Positions 25,001 to 37,768 of a stretch of 64,000 nucleotides of DNA are shown piece by piece. The stretch comes from Scyliorhinus canicula (Eukaryota). Made by a program: the position numbers and the translations under genes. How positions within the stretch are numbered: the stretch's first letter is position 1; each line of letters starts with the position of its first letter. Location of the stretch: contig NC_052151.1 of NCBI RefSeq assembly GCF_902713615.1, positions 201,899,703 through 201,963,702 on the forward strand. The letters are read 5' to 3'. A model generated the notes under the pieces. It was not told the origin of the DNA. It did not search any database and was given only the letters and a program-made list of their open reading frames with translations.

Positions 25001-25310
25001 TATCCCTGACCTCACTACTCTCAACATCCTGTACACTGGGACTACAATTTAGGTTCCCATACCCCTGCTGAATTAGTTTAAACTCCCCCGAAGAGCACTA
25101 GCAAATCTCCCCCCAGGATATTGGTACCCCGCTGGTTCAGGTGAAGACCATCCTGTTTGTAGAGGTCCCACCTACCCCAGAATGAGCCCCAATTATCCAG
25201 GAAACCAAAACCCTCCCTCCTGCACCATCCCTGTAGCCACGTGTTCAACTCCTCTCTCTCCTTATTTCTCACTTCGCTAGCACGTGGCACGGGTAACAAC
25301 CCAGAGATAA
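22097..25310 (-). mobile_element. Young CR1 LINE: ORF1 esterase tail plus near-complete ORF2 (APE and RT); in SLAM intron 3
   Basis: ORF1 ends DGLHLN..G (SGNH-like). ORF2 starts at 24956 (MKCVYFNARSI..SETW), shifts frame at the poly-C run near 24760 and runs 843 aa to a TGA at 22228. CR1 tail at 22097. Confidence 0.96.
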
Positions 25311-25339
25311 CAGAGATAATAATCATAGGGTTCGTAATT

Positions 25340-26350
25340 CTCCCTCTACACTGCCCCATCAAACACTCCCAGGACAGGTACTGCATGGGGTTAGATACAG
25401 AATAAATCTCCCTCTACGCTGTCCCCATCAAATATTCCCAGGGCAGGCACAGCACGGGGTTAGATACAGAGTAAAGCTCACTCTACACTGTCCCCATCAA
25501 ACACTCCCAGGACAGGTACAGCACAGGGTTAGATACAGAGTAAAGCTCCCTCTACACTGTCTCCATCAAACACTCCCAGGACAGGTACAGCAAGGGGTTA
25601 GATACAGAGTAAAGCTCCCTCTACACTGTACCCATCAAACACTCCCAGGACAGGTACAGCACGGGGTTAGATACAGAGTAAAGCTCCCTCGACACTGTCC
25701 CCATCAAACACTCGCAGGACAGGTACAGCACGGGGTTAGATACAGAGTAAAGCTCCCTCTACACTGTCCCCATCAAACATTCCCAGGGCAGGCACAGCAC
25801 GGGGTTAGATACAGAGTAAAGCTCCCTCTACACAGTCCCCATCAAACACTCCAAGGACAGGTACAGCACGGGGTTAGATACAGAGTAAAGCTCCCTCTAC
25901 ACTGTCCCCAACAAACACTCCCAGGACAGGTACAGCACGGGGTTAGATACAGAGTAAAGCTCCCTCTACACTGTCCCCATCAAACACTCCCAGGACAGGT
26001 ACAGCACGGGGTTAGATACAGAGTAAAGCTCCCTCTACACTGTCCCCATCAAACACTCCCAGGACAGGTACAGCACAGGGTTAGATACAGAGTAAAGCTC
26101 CCTCTACACTGTCCCCATCAAACACTCCCAGGACAGGTACAGCACGGGGTTAGATACAGAGTACAGCTCCCTCTACACTGTCCCCATCAAACACTCCCAG
26201 GACAGGTACAGCACGGGGTTAGATACAGAGTAAAGCTCCCTCGGCACTGTCCCCATCAAACACTCGCAGGACAGGTACAGCACGGGGTTAGATACAGAGT
26301 AAAGCTCCCTCGGCACTGTCCCCATCAAACACTCGCAGGACAGGTACAGC
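25340..26350 (-). repeat. 69-bp satellite, about 14 units, inverted relative to 12430-15140; in SLAM intron 3
   Basis: Reverse complement of the same unit. Confidence 0.95.
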
Positions 26351-26404
26351 ATTTTACTGTGTAATATCTAATGTTAGTTGCTTATTTCTCTCTCTATGAC
26401 TCAC

Positions 26405-26704
26405 CAGGTTTGATTCCTTTACAGACGCCACTCAAGTTGGATTGTGCAGTGTTGAATTGTGCAGTGCCCTCACTGACTGGGTTCCTGGCCTCACACACGT
26501 ACACAGCGTCGTTGGTCTCCTCTGTGAAGTGAAGCTATAATTCCTGTCCATTGTCGGAGAGATGATGGGAGCTGCCGTTTCTCAATGCTTCTTGTCCCCT
26601 CCACCATCTGAAGCTGATGATGTCGCCTGTGTTCACTGAGCAGGCCAGGGTCAGGTTACAATTCTTGATGAGTTTATAGCTGATCTTTGTTCCTGTCACA
26701 GGCT
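26405..26704 (-). CDS. SLAM/CD2-like exon 3, Ig C2 domain with internal stop
   Basis: Manual translation: EPVTGTKISYKLIKNCNLTLACSVNTGDIISFRWWRGQEALRNGSSHHLSDNGQEL*LHFTEETNDAVYVCEARNPVSEGTAQFNTAQSNLSGVCKGIKP. Acceptor ggcag, donor G|GTGAGT. Confidence 0.9.
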
Positions 26705-27558
26705 CTGCCATTCAAATCAATAGACAAAAGAAACATGAGGAAGGAATGTCGACCCTCGTGGGACACCTCAATATCCAGCACCCTCACCCCTCCTTCAGAC
26801 CCTCAAAAGAAAACTCTGACCCCCCCCCCCCCCCCCCTCCATCCCTCCATCCCTCCATCCACCATCTTAACCATCCCCTCATCCCACTGAGTTCAAACAG
26901 GTCACATGTGTCAATATGCCGGCTGGATGGAACATACGCAGTGTGTTACACACTCTTTCACTACAATCACAAACACCCATTCACTCCCACTCTGTGATTG
27001 TCCATGTTTTGGGATTGCATCCTGGGAATTCTGTCTGGATCAGTCTCATTGGTGACTCCCGTCAGTGGTCCCTGTGACCCTTGTTATGTGGAGTGCACCC
27101 TCTCAGTCTGATGGTTAACAGGTTAAACAAGATCAGTCTGGGTACACAATAGGGAGACTCTAGATACAGTCATCACTCTATACCAAGCTCAAGGGAGATG
27201 GTAGTGTCGTGGTGATGTCACTGGATCAGTAATCCAGAGGCCCAGACTAATGATCTCCTGACACGGGTTCAAATCCCATCCCAGCAGCTGGTGGGATGGG
27301 CAACAAATGCTGGCCTTAACGGTGACATTCATATCCCAGGAAAGAATAAAATATCCTCTGATTCCTGGAACATATTCCAGGCTGTCGTCTCTGTTCTCAG
27401 TAACAATGAGCAGCATTTCCAAATGTCTGGACCAGGACATGGTGGTTGGAGCAACAACTTCTTTATTTACATGGGGCAGGTGAAGGATTATACACAATGT
27501 CTAAAATTCTTTGTTTAGATTATGTTAAAACAGGTGAGATGTTGAGAGGCTGTCCCCC

Positions 27559-27838
27559 TGATGTACCATCAATTGAACGCGAGACGAGTTGCTGTACAAA
27601 AGTATGGCTTTAATCAGCTAGATGTTAGCCCTGCGGTCGATTACAGTATATGGACGACCACCGGGAGTACTGGGTATTTATACCTGGAGGCGGGGTTAAC
27701 TCATCCTCTCGACCAATCGGGGAGCCGTCACATGACTGGTCTCAACCAACCGGTCGAGAGGCACATGACCGACCAGAGCCAATGGTAAGCCGGTGTTCTG
27801 CACCAATGGCAGGCAGCTATGCTAATCATACCTCCACA
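27559..27838 (-). mobile_element. 280-bp solo LTR
   Basis: TG...CA with CCCC flanks; the empty-site homolog is seen near 29950. Confidence 0.65.
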
Positions 27839-28084
27839 CCCCACATCCTCTCCCCGGCTTGGAGAGTCAGCCAAGGGTGTTGTTGCAATCTCACACCTCC
27901 ACCACGTGGCTAAGAGCTAGTCTGGTTCAGTCAGACAGAGTAACCCCACTTAAGTTAGCAGAGAGTCGAACTCACAGAGAACTGTGCTAACTGTGCTATT
28001 AGTTCAATAAATCAGATTGAACCAACTTCAAGGTCTGGAGTATCTTTCTGATCTAAGCTGCATCCTGTTGCAGCCAGTGTTGGA

Positions 28085-29640
28085 CCAGTGTACCTAATCC
28101 GACAGCCTCTCCATTGCTGCCACATTCAGCTGGTAGTGTGGCGACCAGAATTGAACACTATACTCCAAGTGCAACATAACTAAGATTCTATACAGCTGCA
28201 ACATGACTTGCCAATGTTTCTACTCAATGCCTCCGCCAATGAAGGCAATCATGCTGTATACCTTCTTGGCTAACTTCTCCACCTGTGTTGCCTCTTTCAG
28301 TGAACTGTGGAGCTGTGCATCCAGATCCCTCTGACTGCCAATTTTCTTAAGGGTTGTGACGGAGAGATTTCCAGGTATCTGCTGCCCTTGTCCTTCTAGA
28401 CGGTAGTGGTCGAGGGTTTGGAAGGTGTTGCCTGAGGAACCTTGGGGAGTTGCTGCAGTGCATCTTGTAGATGGTACACACGGCTGCTGCTGTGCGTCGG
28501 TGGGAGGGAGAGAGCAATGTTGAGAATGGTGTACCGATCAAGTGGACTGCTTTGTCCTGGATGGTGTCGAGGTTCTTGAGTGCTGTTGGAGCTGCACACA
28601 TCCAGGCAAGTGGAGAGTTTTCCATCACACTCCTGACTTGTGCCTTGTAGATGGTGGACAGGTTTTAGGAGGTCAGGAGGTGAGTTACTCACTGCAGGAT
28701 CCCCAGTCTCTGACCTGCTCTTGGGGCCACAGTATTTATATGGCTGGATTCAGTTCAGCTTCTGATCAATGGTAACCCCCCCAGGATGCTGACTGTGGGG
28801 GATTCAGCAATGGTAATGCCATTGAATGTCAAGGGTCGATGATTCGATCCTCTCCTGTAGGAGATGGTCATAGCCTGGCACTTAAGGTGAAAATGTTACT
28901 TCCCACTTTTCAGCCTAAGCCTGGATATTGTCCAGCGTTCTTGCTGCGTTTGGACATGGACTGCTTCATTATCTGAGGAGTCGCAAATGGTGCTGAACAT
29001 TGTGCAGTCATCGGCAAATAGGGAGTCACAGAATCCTACAGCTCAGAAAAGGCCCTTCAGCCCATCAACTCTGAGCTGGTGAAAAACAACCACCTAACTA
29101 TTCTAGTCCCATTTTCCAGCACTTGGCCCATAGCCTGTATGCCCAGGGATAGCAAGTGCTCATCTCAATACTTCTTAAATGTTATGAGGGACTCTGCCTC
29201 CACCTCCGTTTAAGGCAGCGAGTTCCAAACTCCCACCACCCTCTGGGTAGAAAGGTTTTTCCTCACATCCCGTCTAAACCTCCTGCCCTTGACCTTAAAT
29301 CTATGCCCCCTGGTCATTGAGCTCTCCACCAAGGGGAAAAGTTTCTCCCTGTCTATCTATGCCCCTCATAATTGTATAAATCTCAATCCTGTCTCCCTCT
29401 CAGTCTCCTCTGCTCCAAGGAAAACAACCCCAGTCTGTCCAATCTCTCTTCATAACTAACAATCTCCAGCCCCGGCAACATGCTGGTAAACATCCTCTGC
29501 TCTCTTTCCAGGGCGATCACATCCCTCCCATAATGTGGATTCCAGAACTGCGCACATCTGACCTGATGTTGGAAGGAGGGTCATTGTTGAAGCAGCTGAA
29601 AATGGTTGGTCCGAGGGCACTACCCTGAGGAACTCCTGTA
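28085..29640. mobile_element. Mosaic of old CR1 and CR1-like LINE fragments in SLAM intron 2
   Basis: CR1 RT C-terminus (28085-28345), SPLAWM..LD.IQ.KA fragment (28370-29010), CR1 3' end (29030-29560), TGVPQGS.LGP..F (about 29600). Confidence 0.7.
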
Positions 29641-30329
29641 GTGATGTCTTGATCTCCCCCCCTGAAAAGGCCCAGCAAGTGACTGAGTTCAAGGGCAATT
29701 AGGGATGGGCAATAAAGGCTGGCCGGGTCAGTGACGTCCACAGGAAAGAATAAAATATCCCCCGACTCCTGGAACATATTGACAGCAGTCCTCTCTGTTC
29801 TCAGTAACAATGAGCAGCATCTCCAAATGTCTGGACCAGGACACGGTGGTTGGAGCAACAACTCGTTTATTTACATGGGGCAGGGGAAGGATTATACACA
29901 ATGTCTAAATTCTTTTGTGTGTTTGACAGGTTAGATGTCGAGAGGCTGTTCCCCCATCCCCTCCCCCGCTTGGACAGGGTGGAATCAGAGGGGTCACAAT
30001 ATCTCAGGGTTACGGGGTCAGCCCATTCCAGACTGAGATGAAGAGAACGTTCTTCAGTCAGAGGGTCTGTAGATTTGGAATTTTCTCTCTCTCCCTGGGA
30101 GAGCTCGGGCTTCTCACTCGATGAGGGTATTTGAGACTGAGATGGGCAATGTTTGTACAGAAGTGGGATTGAGGGATTTTGCGATTGGGTGGGATGATAG
30201 AGTTGATGTACCTGATCAGACAGGATCTTATTGAACTTTGGAACAGGCTCGAGGGGCTGAATGGCCTCCTCTCAATCCTATCTTTCAGTGATCAGTAAAG
30301 CTCAGTCTATCCAATAGAATCTCACTTAC

Positions 30330-30650
30330 CGTACACGTCCAGTTGAATGGTCTCTGTAGTTTCCTCTCCTGAATCTCTCGTTACAAACACCTCATAACTC
30401 CCAGCGTCCTCTCTCTGTAAATCACTGATTTGCAGACTGAAGTTCCCAGGATGAAATTTGATCCGTTTCTTGTAATCCTCAGGCCCAAAGTAACTGACAT
30501 GTTCCCTGCTGTATCGTGCTATTTTGACTCTGTGTGAAGATTGTTTCCAGACAACCTCGACATCCATCAATCCATGTGGGATTACTGGAGACAGGGAGAC
30601 TGACTGACCCAGGGATCCATTCACAGGGAGACGGGCAGCCTGATTCTGAA
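30330..30650 (-). CDS. SLAM/CD2-like exon 2, Ig V-set domain
   Basis: Acceptor ctcctcttgttccctcag and donor G|GTAAGT. Translation ...VNGSLGQSVSL..VVW..RIKFHPGNFSLQISDLQREDAGSYEV..IQLDVY (ORF 30322..30624). Confidence 0.93.
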
Positions 30651-31339
30651 CTGAGGGAACAAGAGGAGACAGTCAGTGAGTGCTGAACGAGACAAGCTCA
30701 GTGACTGGAGGCAGAATTTCAATTCATAGCCCCATACCATTCAGGAAGATGCCATTCAACCCATCGTGCGCATGCTAGCTCTGTGACAGAGCAAGCTAAT
30801 TCATCCACTCACCCCTCCTTCCCCCAACTCCCTGTAAGTTTCCCCCCTTCCAGTGTTTCTCCCATTCCCCCTTTCTGGAAGTTCCTATTGAGTCTGCTCC
30901 CACCGCCCTTTCAGACAGAACCTTCCAGATCACAACAACTCTCTGTGTAAAAACATTTCTCCTCATCCTCATCTCCCCCTCTGCTTCTTTTACTGATTTT
31001 CTTCAATCTGTGTCCCTCTGGTTCCCCACCCTCCTGTCACTGGGTACACTTCCTCCTTCTTTACTCCAACTGAACACTTCCTGATTTTGACCGTCTCGAT
31101 TCAATCCCCCCCCCCCTTAACTTTCTCTGCTCGAAGAACAACCCCAGCTTCTCCAGTCTCTCCGCACCGACTGAAGTCCCTCATTCCCGGAACCATTCCG
31201 GTAAATCTTCCTCTGTACCTCTCTCCGAGGGCTTGGCAGAGTTCAAGGAAGGATTTGGACATCAACGCAAATGAGGAAGCAAAGAAAGTTCAGAGAGAGA
31301 GAGAGAGAGAGAGAACCGGAAACACTGAATCAAACTCAC

Positions 31340-31394
31340 AGACTGATAGGGAGAGAGCCAGCAAACAACAGATGAACAATTCCCCAAACTCCAT
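31340..31394 (-). CDS. SLAM/CD2-like exon 1, signal peptide (MEFGELFICCLLALSLSV)
   Basis: gaagATGG Kozak context, hydrophobic leader, donor T|GTGAGT in phase 1 matching the V exon. Confidence 0.85.
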
Positions 31395-34045
31395 CTTCCA
31401 GCAGTAACAGGGGAGGGGGGGGGGGGGGGGGGGGGCGGGGGAGCAGATCTGAGAGATTGGAGCCAATCTTGGGGGATATTTGGGGTTTTGATGATGAGAT
31501 TAAAGAGACAGATCAGATCCTAATGACCCAGTCAACACCTCCCCTTGTCCCTTTACCGGACTGCTAACTGTGTGGGGGAGGGTTGAAGTGTGATTGGATG
31601 ATGGGCCAGGGGAGGCTTCACTCAGACCTGACAGGGTCTCACTCACTGGTCGGTGCCAGAGAGCAGCCCGGCCATTGGACGGCTGTGCAGCCGACAATTG
31701 ACACTGGAGTGAAGACAGGAAACCAGGAGGTTGTCCCAATAATTAGATTGAGCCACAGACTGACGAGAAGACCAGAGTAATTCAGTCACAGACTGGAGCT
31801 GGAATTCACTATTCCCCTGCTTTTCTGGGGTTGGAGATGGGTGTGTGGGGTGGGGAGTAGGTGTGGGGGGAGCAGGGGGGGGAGGAAAATAGAGCCCCGT
31901 CTGCAACCTGCCGAAGAATAGAACCATTGAACCCAAACAGTGCCAAAGGAGGCCATTTGGCCCATCGAGTCTGCACCATTACTCTGAGAGGATCCTATCT
32001 AGGCCCACTCCTCCGCCCTATCCCTGAAGCCCCACCTTGCGCATGTGCGGCCACGGACCCAGAAATGCTGCGGGCCGTATCGGCAACTAGACTCCAGAAC
32101 TCTACGCTGCCTCCCTGCTAACCCCCAACAAAACGGGGAATCGATGGCCGTTTGCCGCCAGTTTTCCTACCGTAAAACCCCACCGTTTTCACACCGGAGT
32201 GGGAACCTAGTCTCTCAAATGGAGAATCCAACACCCTGTTCCATTTAAAATTCCACTCAAGATCCTGGATGTAAATAATGCCGTATCTACTGCCCCCACG
32301 AGAGTAAGTGTCTCCACTGACAATATGTTTTTCACCAGTTGTAATAAGCCGAACAGCGCAGACGGAGCTTTTCCCGTGTGGTTCGAGGGGTAAGATCTCC
32401 CTCGTTTATTACAGGGCTGATACCCTGTTGTCTATAAGGTCGGTCTGATTGGAACTGACCAACAGAGAGAGAGACAGACAGAGGACCCAGTGAGGTCACG
32501 CCGGGTGGGAGAATCGCCGTGGCACCGCACGAATCGTGCCACGCAGCCCCAACCCCACACGCGGGGTTCTCCCACCCACCCCCGAAACCAGCACCATGCC
32601 GGGCCGCTCGGAGACTCGCCGCAAACGGCAAGCGGCGATTCTCTGGACCAGATGGGCCGAGCGGCCGCTACGATCGGGGAGGGCCTCCGATGGGGGTCTG
32701 GCCCACAATCGGGGCCCAACAATCGGTGAGCCGGCCTCTCCGCCCCCCCCGGGCCTACCTCCTTACGCTGGCGGCCCCAGAACACCGGCGCCATGTTGAT
32801 GAGGGGCCAGCGCGCCGGCTGCCCCAACTGCGCATGCGCGGGTTAGCGCGGCGCCCATTTGGCACTGCGTAAGGACGCTGGAACGGCGTTAATCACTCCA
32901 GCACCGGGCTGGCCCCCTGTGGGGTCCAGAATAGGTCGTGCCCGGGTCCTGTTCGCGCCGCCATGAAAGGCGACGGTGTTCACGATGGCGCGGGCACTTG
33001 GTCCGCCTCGCGGAGAATCGCCCGCTGTATATTTTTAGTTTCCCGTGCCTAAGGGCAACATTTACCTTTCTCCCCCAGGGGAACAATTATACAACCTCCC
33101 GCACTCAAAGATCAATCACAAAGATTAACATAGGATGTGTCACGATAAACAACCAGTTTCAGCTGTCTAATGTCACCTCAAGATGGAAATTTCAAAACAC
33201 AATTCTCCAATTTGGATTTTGCCAATGTTTGCTCGAACGATTTCTTCAACATTGGGATTGTTGATTTTAGTGCTTAGTTCTAAAGCATCGCCGTGCCACC
33301 CTGTTCTGCCTAACGCCATTGAGGTGCGCCGGTGTCAGGAGGGGGGAATTTGGAGGGATTGGAGATGGCCGTTGTCTCCTTGGTGACAGGCCCAGGGTTG
33401 GCCTCCAGCATTTCCTCTTCCCTGACGTTTCCCGTAGGCCCTGGAGGAATCCATGGGATGGAGGAGCAGCTGGAGTGAGCTCCAGAGATGTCTGAGTGAT
33501 CTGGCTGTGCCAGTCCTGGAGGCTCCCATTGTCTGCCCCATGGTGCCAATGCCCTCAGCTATGCTGCCCAGTGACTGAGCCACACTTTGGAGTGCCTTGG
33601 CAATGTCCATCTGGGACATGTCCCTCAACGGCTGGGTCAAGACGTTGAGGCCCTCAGCCATGGTCATCACAAACTGGGCCATGCCTTGGACGGCACCACT
33701 CAAGATGCTGACATCGTGCGCTAGGTTTTCCACTGCGGGCGCCACCCTGGCAGTGTTGGCCTTTGTGCCACACATTGTTGGCACCATCTCCTGCACCTGG
33801 AGACTTAGGGAATCCTCCAATAGGACTTGCAGCTGCTGGGGTTTTGCTGACACCCCCTCCCGAATGTCACAGCTCTGGCCAATGGTGCTGGTTTAGCACA
33901 GTGGGCTAAATAGCTGCCTTGCTATGCAGAACAATGCCAGCAGCACGGGTTCAATTCCCGTAACGGCCTCCCCGAACAGGCGCCGGAATGTGGCAACTAG
34001 GGGCTTTTCACAGAAACTTTATTGAAGCCAACTTGTGACAATAAG

Positions 34046-34395
34046 GGGCAGCAGGGTAGCATGGTGGTTAGCATAAATGCTTCACAGCTCCAGGGTCCCA
34101 GGTTCGATTCCCGGCTGGGTCACTGTCTGTGCGGAGTCTGCACATCCTCCCCCTGTGTGCGTGGGTTTCCTCCGGGTGCTCCGGTTTCCTCCCACAGTCC
34201 AAAGATGTGCGGGTTAGGTGGATTGGCCATGCTAAATTGCCCGTAGTGTCCTAATTAAAGTAAGGTTAAGGAGGGGGTTGTTGGGTTACGGGTATAGGGT
34301 GGATACGTGGGTTTGAGTAGGGTGATCATGGCTCGGCACAACATTGAGGGCCGAAGGGCCTGTTCTGTGCTGTACTGTTCTATGTTCTATGTTCT
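34046..34395 (+). mobile_element. HE1-like SINE (duplicated copy)
   Basis: Near-identical to 2394-2743, same AATAAG TSD. Confidence 0.85.
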
Positions 34396-34464
34396 AATAA
34401 GCGATTATTATTATTATCAGCTGCATCAGCTCAAGGAGAACTTTGTCCAGTGGCTCAGCATCTG

Positions 34465-36294
34465 GCTGGGATCCAGGATTATAATGGGACCCAGCATTGT
34501 CCTGGGATCCAGCATTGTCCTGGGATCCAGCATTGTGTTGGGATCCAGCATTGTCCTGGGACCCAGCATTTTCCTGGGATCCAGCATTGTCCTGGGACGG
34601 AGCATTGTCCTGGGATCCAGCATTGTCTTGGGGCCCAGAACTGTCCTGGGACCCAGCATTGTCCTGGGATCCAGCATTGTCCTGGGATCCAGCATTGTCC
34701 TGGCACGGAGCATTGGCCTGGGACGGAGCATTGTCCTGGGACCCAGCATTGTCCTGGGACCCAGCATTGTCCTGGGATCCAGCATTGTCCTGGGATCCAG
34801 CATTGTCCTGGGATCCAGCATTGTCCTGGGACGGAGCATTGTCCTGGGATCCAGCATTGTCCTGGGATCCAGCATTGTCCTGGGACGGAGCATTGTCCTG
34901 GGATCCAGCATTGTCCTGGGACCCAGCATTGTCCTGGGATCCAGCATTGTCCTGGGACCCAGTATTGTCCTGGGATCCAGCATTGTCCTGGGATCCAGCA
35001 TTGTCCTGGGACCCAGCATTGTCCAGGGACCCAGCATTGTCCTGGGATCCAGCATTGTCCTGGGATTCAGCATTGTCCTGGGATCCAGCATTGTCCTGGG
35101 ACCCAGCATTGTCCTGGGATCCAGCATTGTCCTGGGACGGAGCATTGTCCTGGGACCCAGTATTGTCCTGGGATCCAGCATTGTCCTGGGACCCAGCATT
35201 GTCCTGGGATCCAGCATTGTCCTGGGACGGAGCATTGTCCTGGGACCCAGCATTGTCCTGGGGCGGAGCATTGTCCTGGGATCCAGCATTGTCCTGGGAC
35301 GGAGCATTGTCCTGGGATCCAGCATTGTCCTGGGATCCAGCATTGTCCTGGGACCCAGCATTGTCCTGGGATCCAACATTGTCCTGGGACCCAGCATTGT
35401 CCTGGGATCCAGCATTGTCCTGGGATCCAGCATTGTCCTGGGATCCAGCATTGTCCTGGGACCCAGCATTGTCCTGGGATCCAACATTGTCCTGGGATCC
35501 AGCATTGTCCTGGGATCCAGCATTGTCCTGGGACCCAGCATTGTCCTGGGATCCAGCATTGTCCTGGGACACAGCATTGTCCTGGGACCCAGCATTGTCC
35601 TGGGATCCAGCATTGTCCTGGGATCCAGCCTTGTCCTGGGATCCAGCATTGTCCTGGGACCCAGCATTGTCCTGGGATCCAACATTGTCCTGGGATCCAG
35701 CATTGTCCTGGGATCCAGCATTGTCCTGAGATCCAGCATTGTCCTGGGACCCAGCATTTTCCTGGGACGGAGCATTGTCCTGGGATCCAGCATTGTCCTG
35801 GGATCCAGCATTGTCCTGGGATCCAGCATTGTCCTGGGATCCAGTATTGTCCTGGGACGGAGCATTGTCATGGGACCCAGCATTGTCCTGGGACCCAGCA
35901 TTGTCCTGGGATCCAGCATTGTCCTGGGATCCAGCATTGTCCTGGGACCCAGCATTGTCCTGGGATCCAACATTGTCCTGGGATCCAGCATTGTCCTGGG
36001 ATCCAGCATTGTCCTGGGACCCAGCATTGTCCTGGGACCCAGCATTGTCCTGGGATCCAGCATTGTCATGGGACCCAGTATTGTCCTGGGACGGAGCATT
36101 GTCATGGGAACCAGCATTGTCCTGGGAGCCAGCATTGTCATGGGACCCAGCATTGTCCTGGGACCCAGCATTGTCATGGGACCCAGCATTGTCCTGGGAC
36201 CCAGCATTGTCCTGGGACCCAGCATTGTCCTGGGACCCAGCATTGTCCTGGGACCCACCATTGTCCTGGGACCCAGCATTGTCCTGGGATCCAG
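34465..36294. repeat. 18-bp minisatellite, about 100 units
   Basis: Same unit, copy 2. Confidence 0.97.
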
Positions 36295-37259
36295 TGTTGC
36301 ACGTTTTGCTATGGGTGTAAAATGCGTTTATTGGAGTGTATTAACACGCCTCCGTTTAAAGGCCGTGTGCTTAACACTACTAGGCCTTGTGTATGTATTT
36401 TCAGCTCAGGAGTCGCCAGATGCCGTATAGACACCTCACAAATATTCCAAGGTCAGGTTCAAAGTAATAAAACGATACACCGATTAGTAAGTTCCAAACG
36501 ATCAATATTTATTATACAATTATAATAAATACGCATGCACACGCTAAGGGACTAAGCTATGACTAAACTAAGCAATCAGAATACTTAACTAATCAGGAAC
36601 AGGCAAGGTCAGGGAGCGAGGCCTTCGTTCCGGTCTTGGTCTGCAACCTTCAGAAAGCGTGCTGGTCACTGGGGGTCTAGTGGGCCTGGTTCGCGTAGCG
36701 AGCGTCGTATTGTCACTTACGGTTCGGCGGCTGGTGCTCAACGGCTGGAGTCAGGATACAATTCGAAGTTCTTGGTCAAAGCCGGAGCACGAAACAACAG
36801 ACAGGACCATGGGTGGGGGTCTATCTTTTCTAGGGGTCCCCAATGTCCTTGCCTTTTCCTGGGCGGGCTTTACCTTCAGGTATCGATTGGATCGCTCCCA
36901 ATCGATATCTTTTGAATTCCTCCAATGTGAGGGTCTCTCTTGATGGAGGGGGCGGTTTCTATAGTGGATACTTCTGGTGCCGCTCTGTCTGGACATCCAC
37001 TTAAAGTATCTTATTCAAACCCAAATGTTGCCATTGTGTGTGCCTAGATCTGGACTGCCTCATTAGTATGTAAAGCGTTCTGCCATTATCACCTTTGGTT
37101 TGAGATCTTCCACCTGGCCAGAAACTAGTTTTGCTGATTGCAAAATGCTAATGAGTGTTTGCAGGCTGCTGCCTTGGCTAAACTGTTTTTCCCTGCAGTC
37201 TTAGCGATTCTCCATTTTGTTTAGTTCAGTGTCCATTTTAGGTGGCTACAGTGGCTACA
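36295..37259 (-). mobile_element. 965-bp solo LTR, duplicated copy
   Basis: Same length, same CCAG TSD, about 3 differences by eye from 4282-5246. Confidence 0.85.
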
Positions 37260-37768
37260 CCAGCATTGTCCTGGGATCCAGAATTGTCCTGGGATCCAGC
37301 ATTGTCCTGGGATCCAGCATTGTCCAGGGATCCAGCATTGTCCTGGGACCCAGCATTGTCCTGGGATGGAGCATTGTCCTGGGATCCAGCATTGTCCTGG
37401 GATCCAGCATTGTCCTGGGATCCAGCATTGTCCTGGGATGGAGCATTGTCCTGGGATCCAGCATTGTCCTTGGACCCAGTATTGTCCTGGGATCCAGCAT
37501 TGTCCTGGGATCCAGCATTGTCCTGGGATCCAGCATTGTCCTGGGATCCAGCATTGTCCTGGGACCCAGTATTGTCCTGGGACCCAGCATTGTCCTGGGA
37601 TCCAGCATTGTCCTGGGATCCAGCATTGTCCTGGGACCCAGTATTGTCCTGGGATCCAGCATTGTCCTGGGACCCAGCATTGTCCTGGGACCCAGCATTG
37701 TCCTGGGATCCAGCATTGTCCTGGGATCCAGCATTGTCCTGGGATCCAGCATTGTCCTGGGATCCATC
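37260..37768. repeat. 18-bp minisatellite, about 28 units
   Basis: Same unit, copy 2, right of the LTR. Confidence 0.97.

Larger units (their letters stand above)
20392..31394 (-). pseudogene. CD2/SLAM-family Ig receptor gene (leader-V-C2-TM-tail, 6 exons, about 290 aa if read through) with an in-frame TAG in exon 3; pseudogene, null allele or alternatively spliced
   Basis: Exons 31394-31340, 30650-30330, 26704-26405, 22004-21900, 20955-20911 and 20438-20392 have GT/AG boundaries and join in phase 1 into one frame. The V domain lacks the Cys pair, and the C2 domain has CNLTLAC...YVC.A.NPVS...C, both typical of CD2/SLAM proteins. TAG at 26537-26535. Confidence 0.85.
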
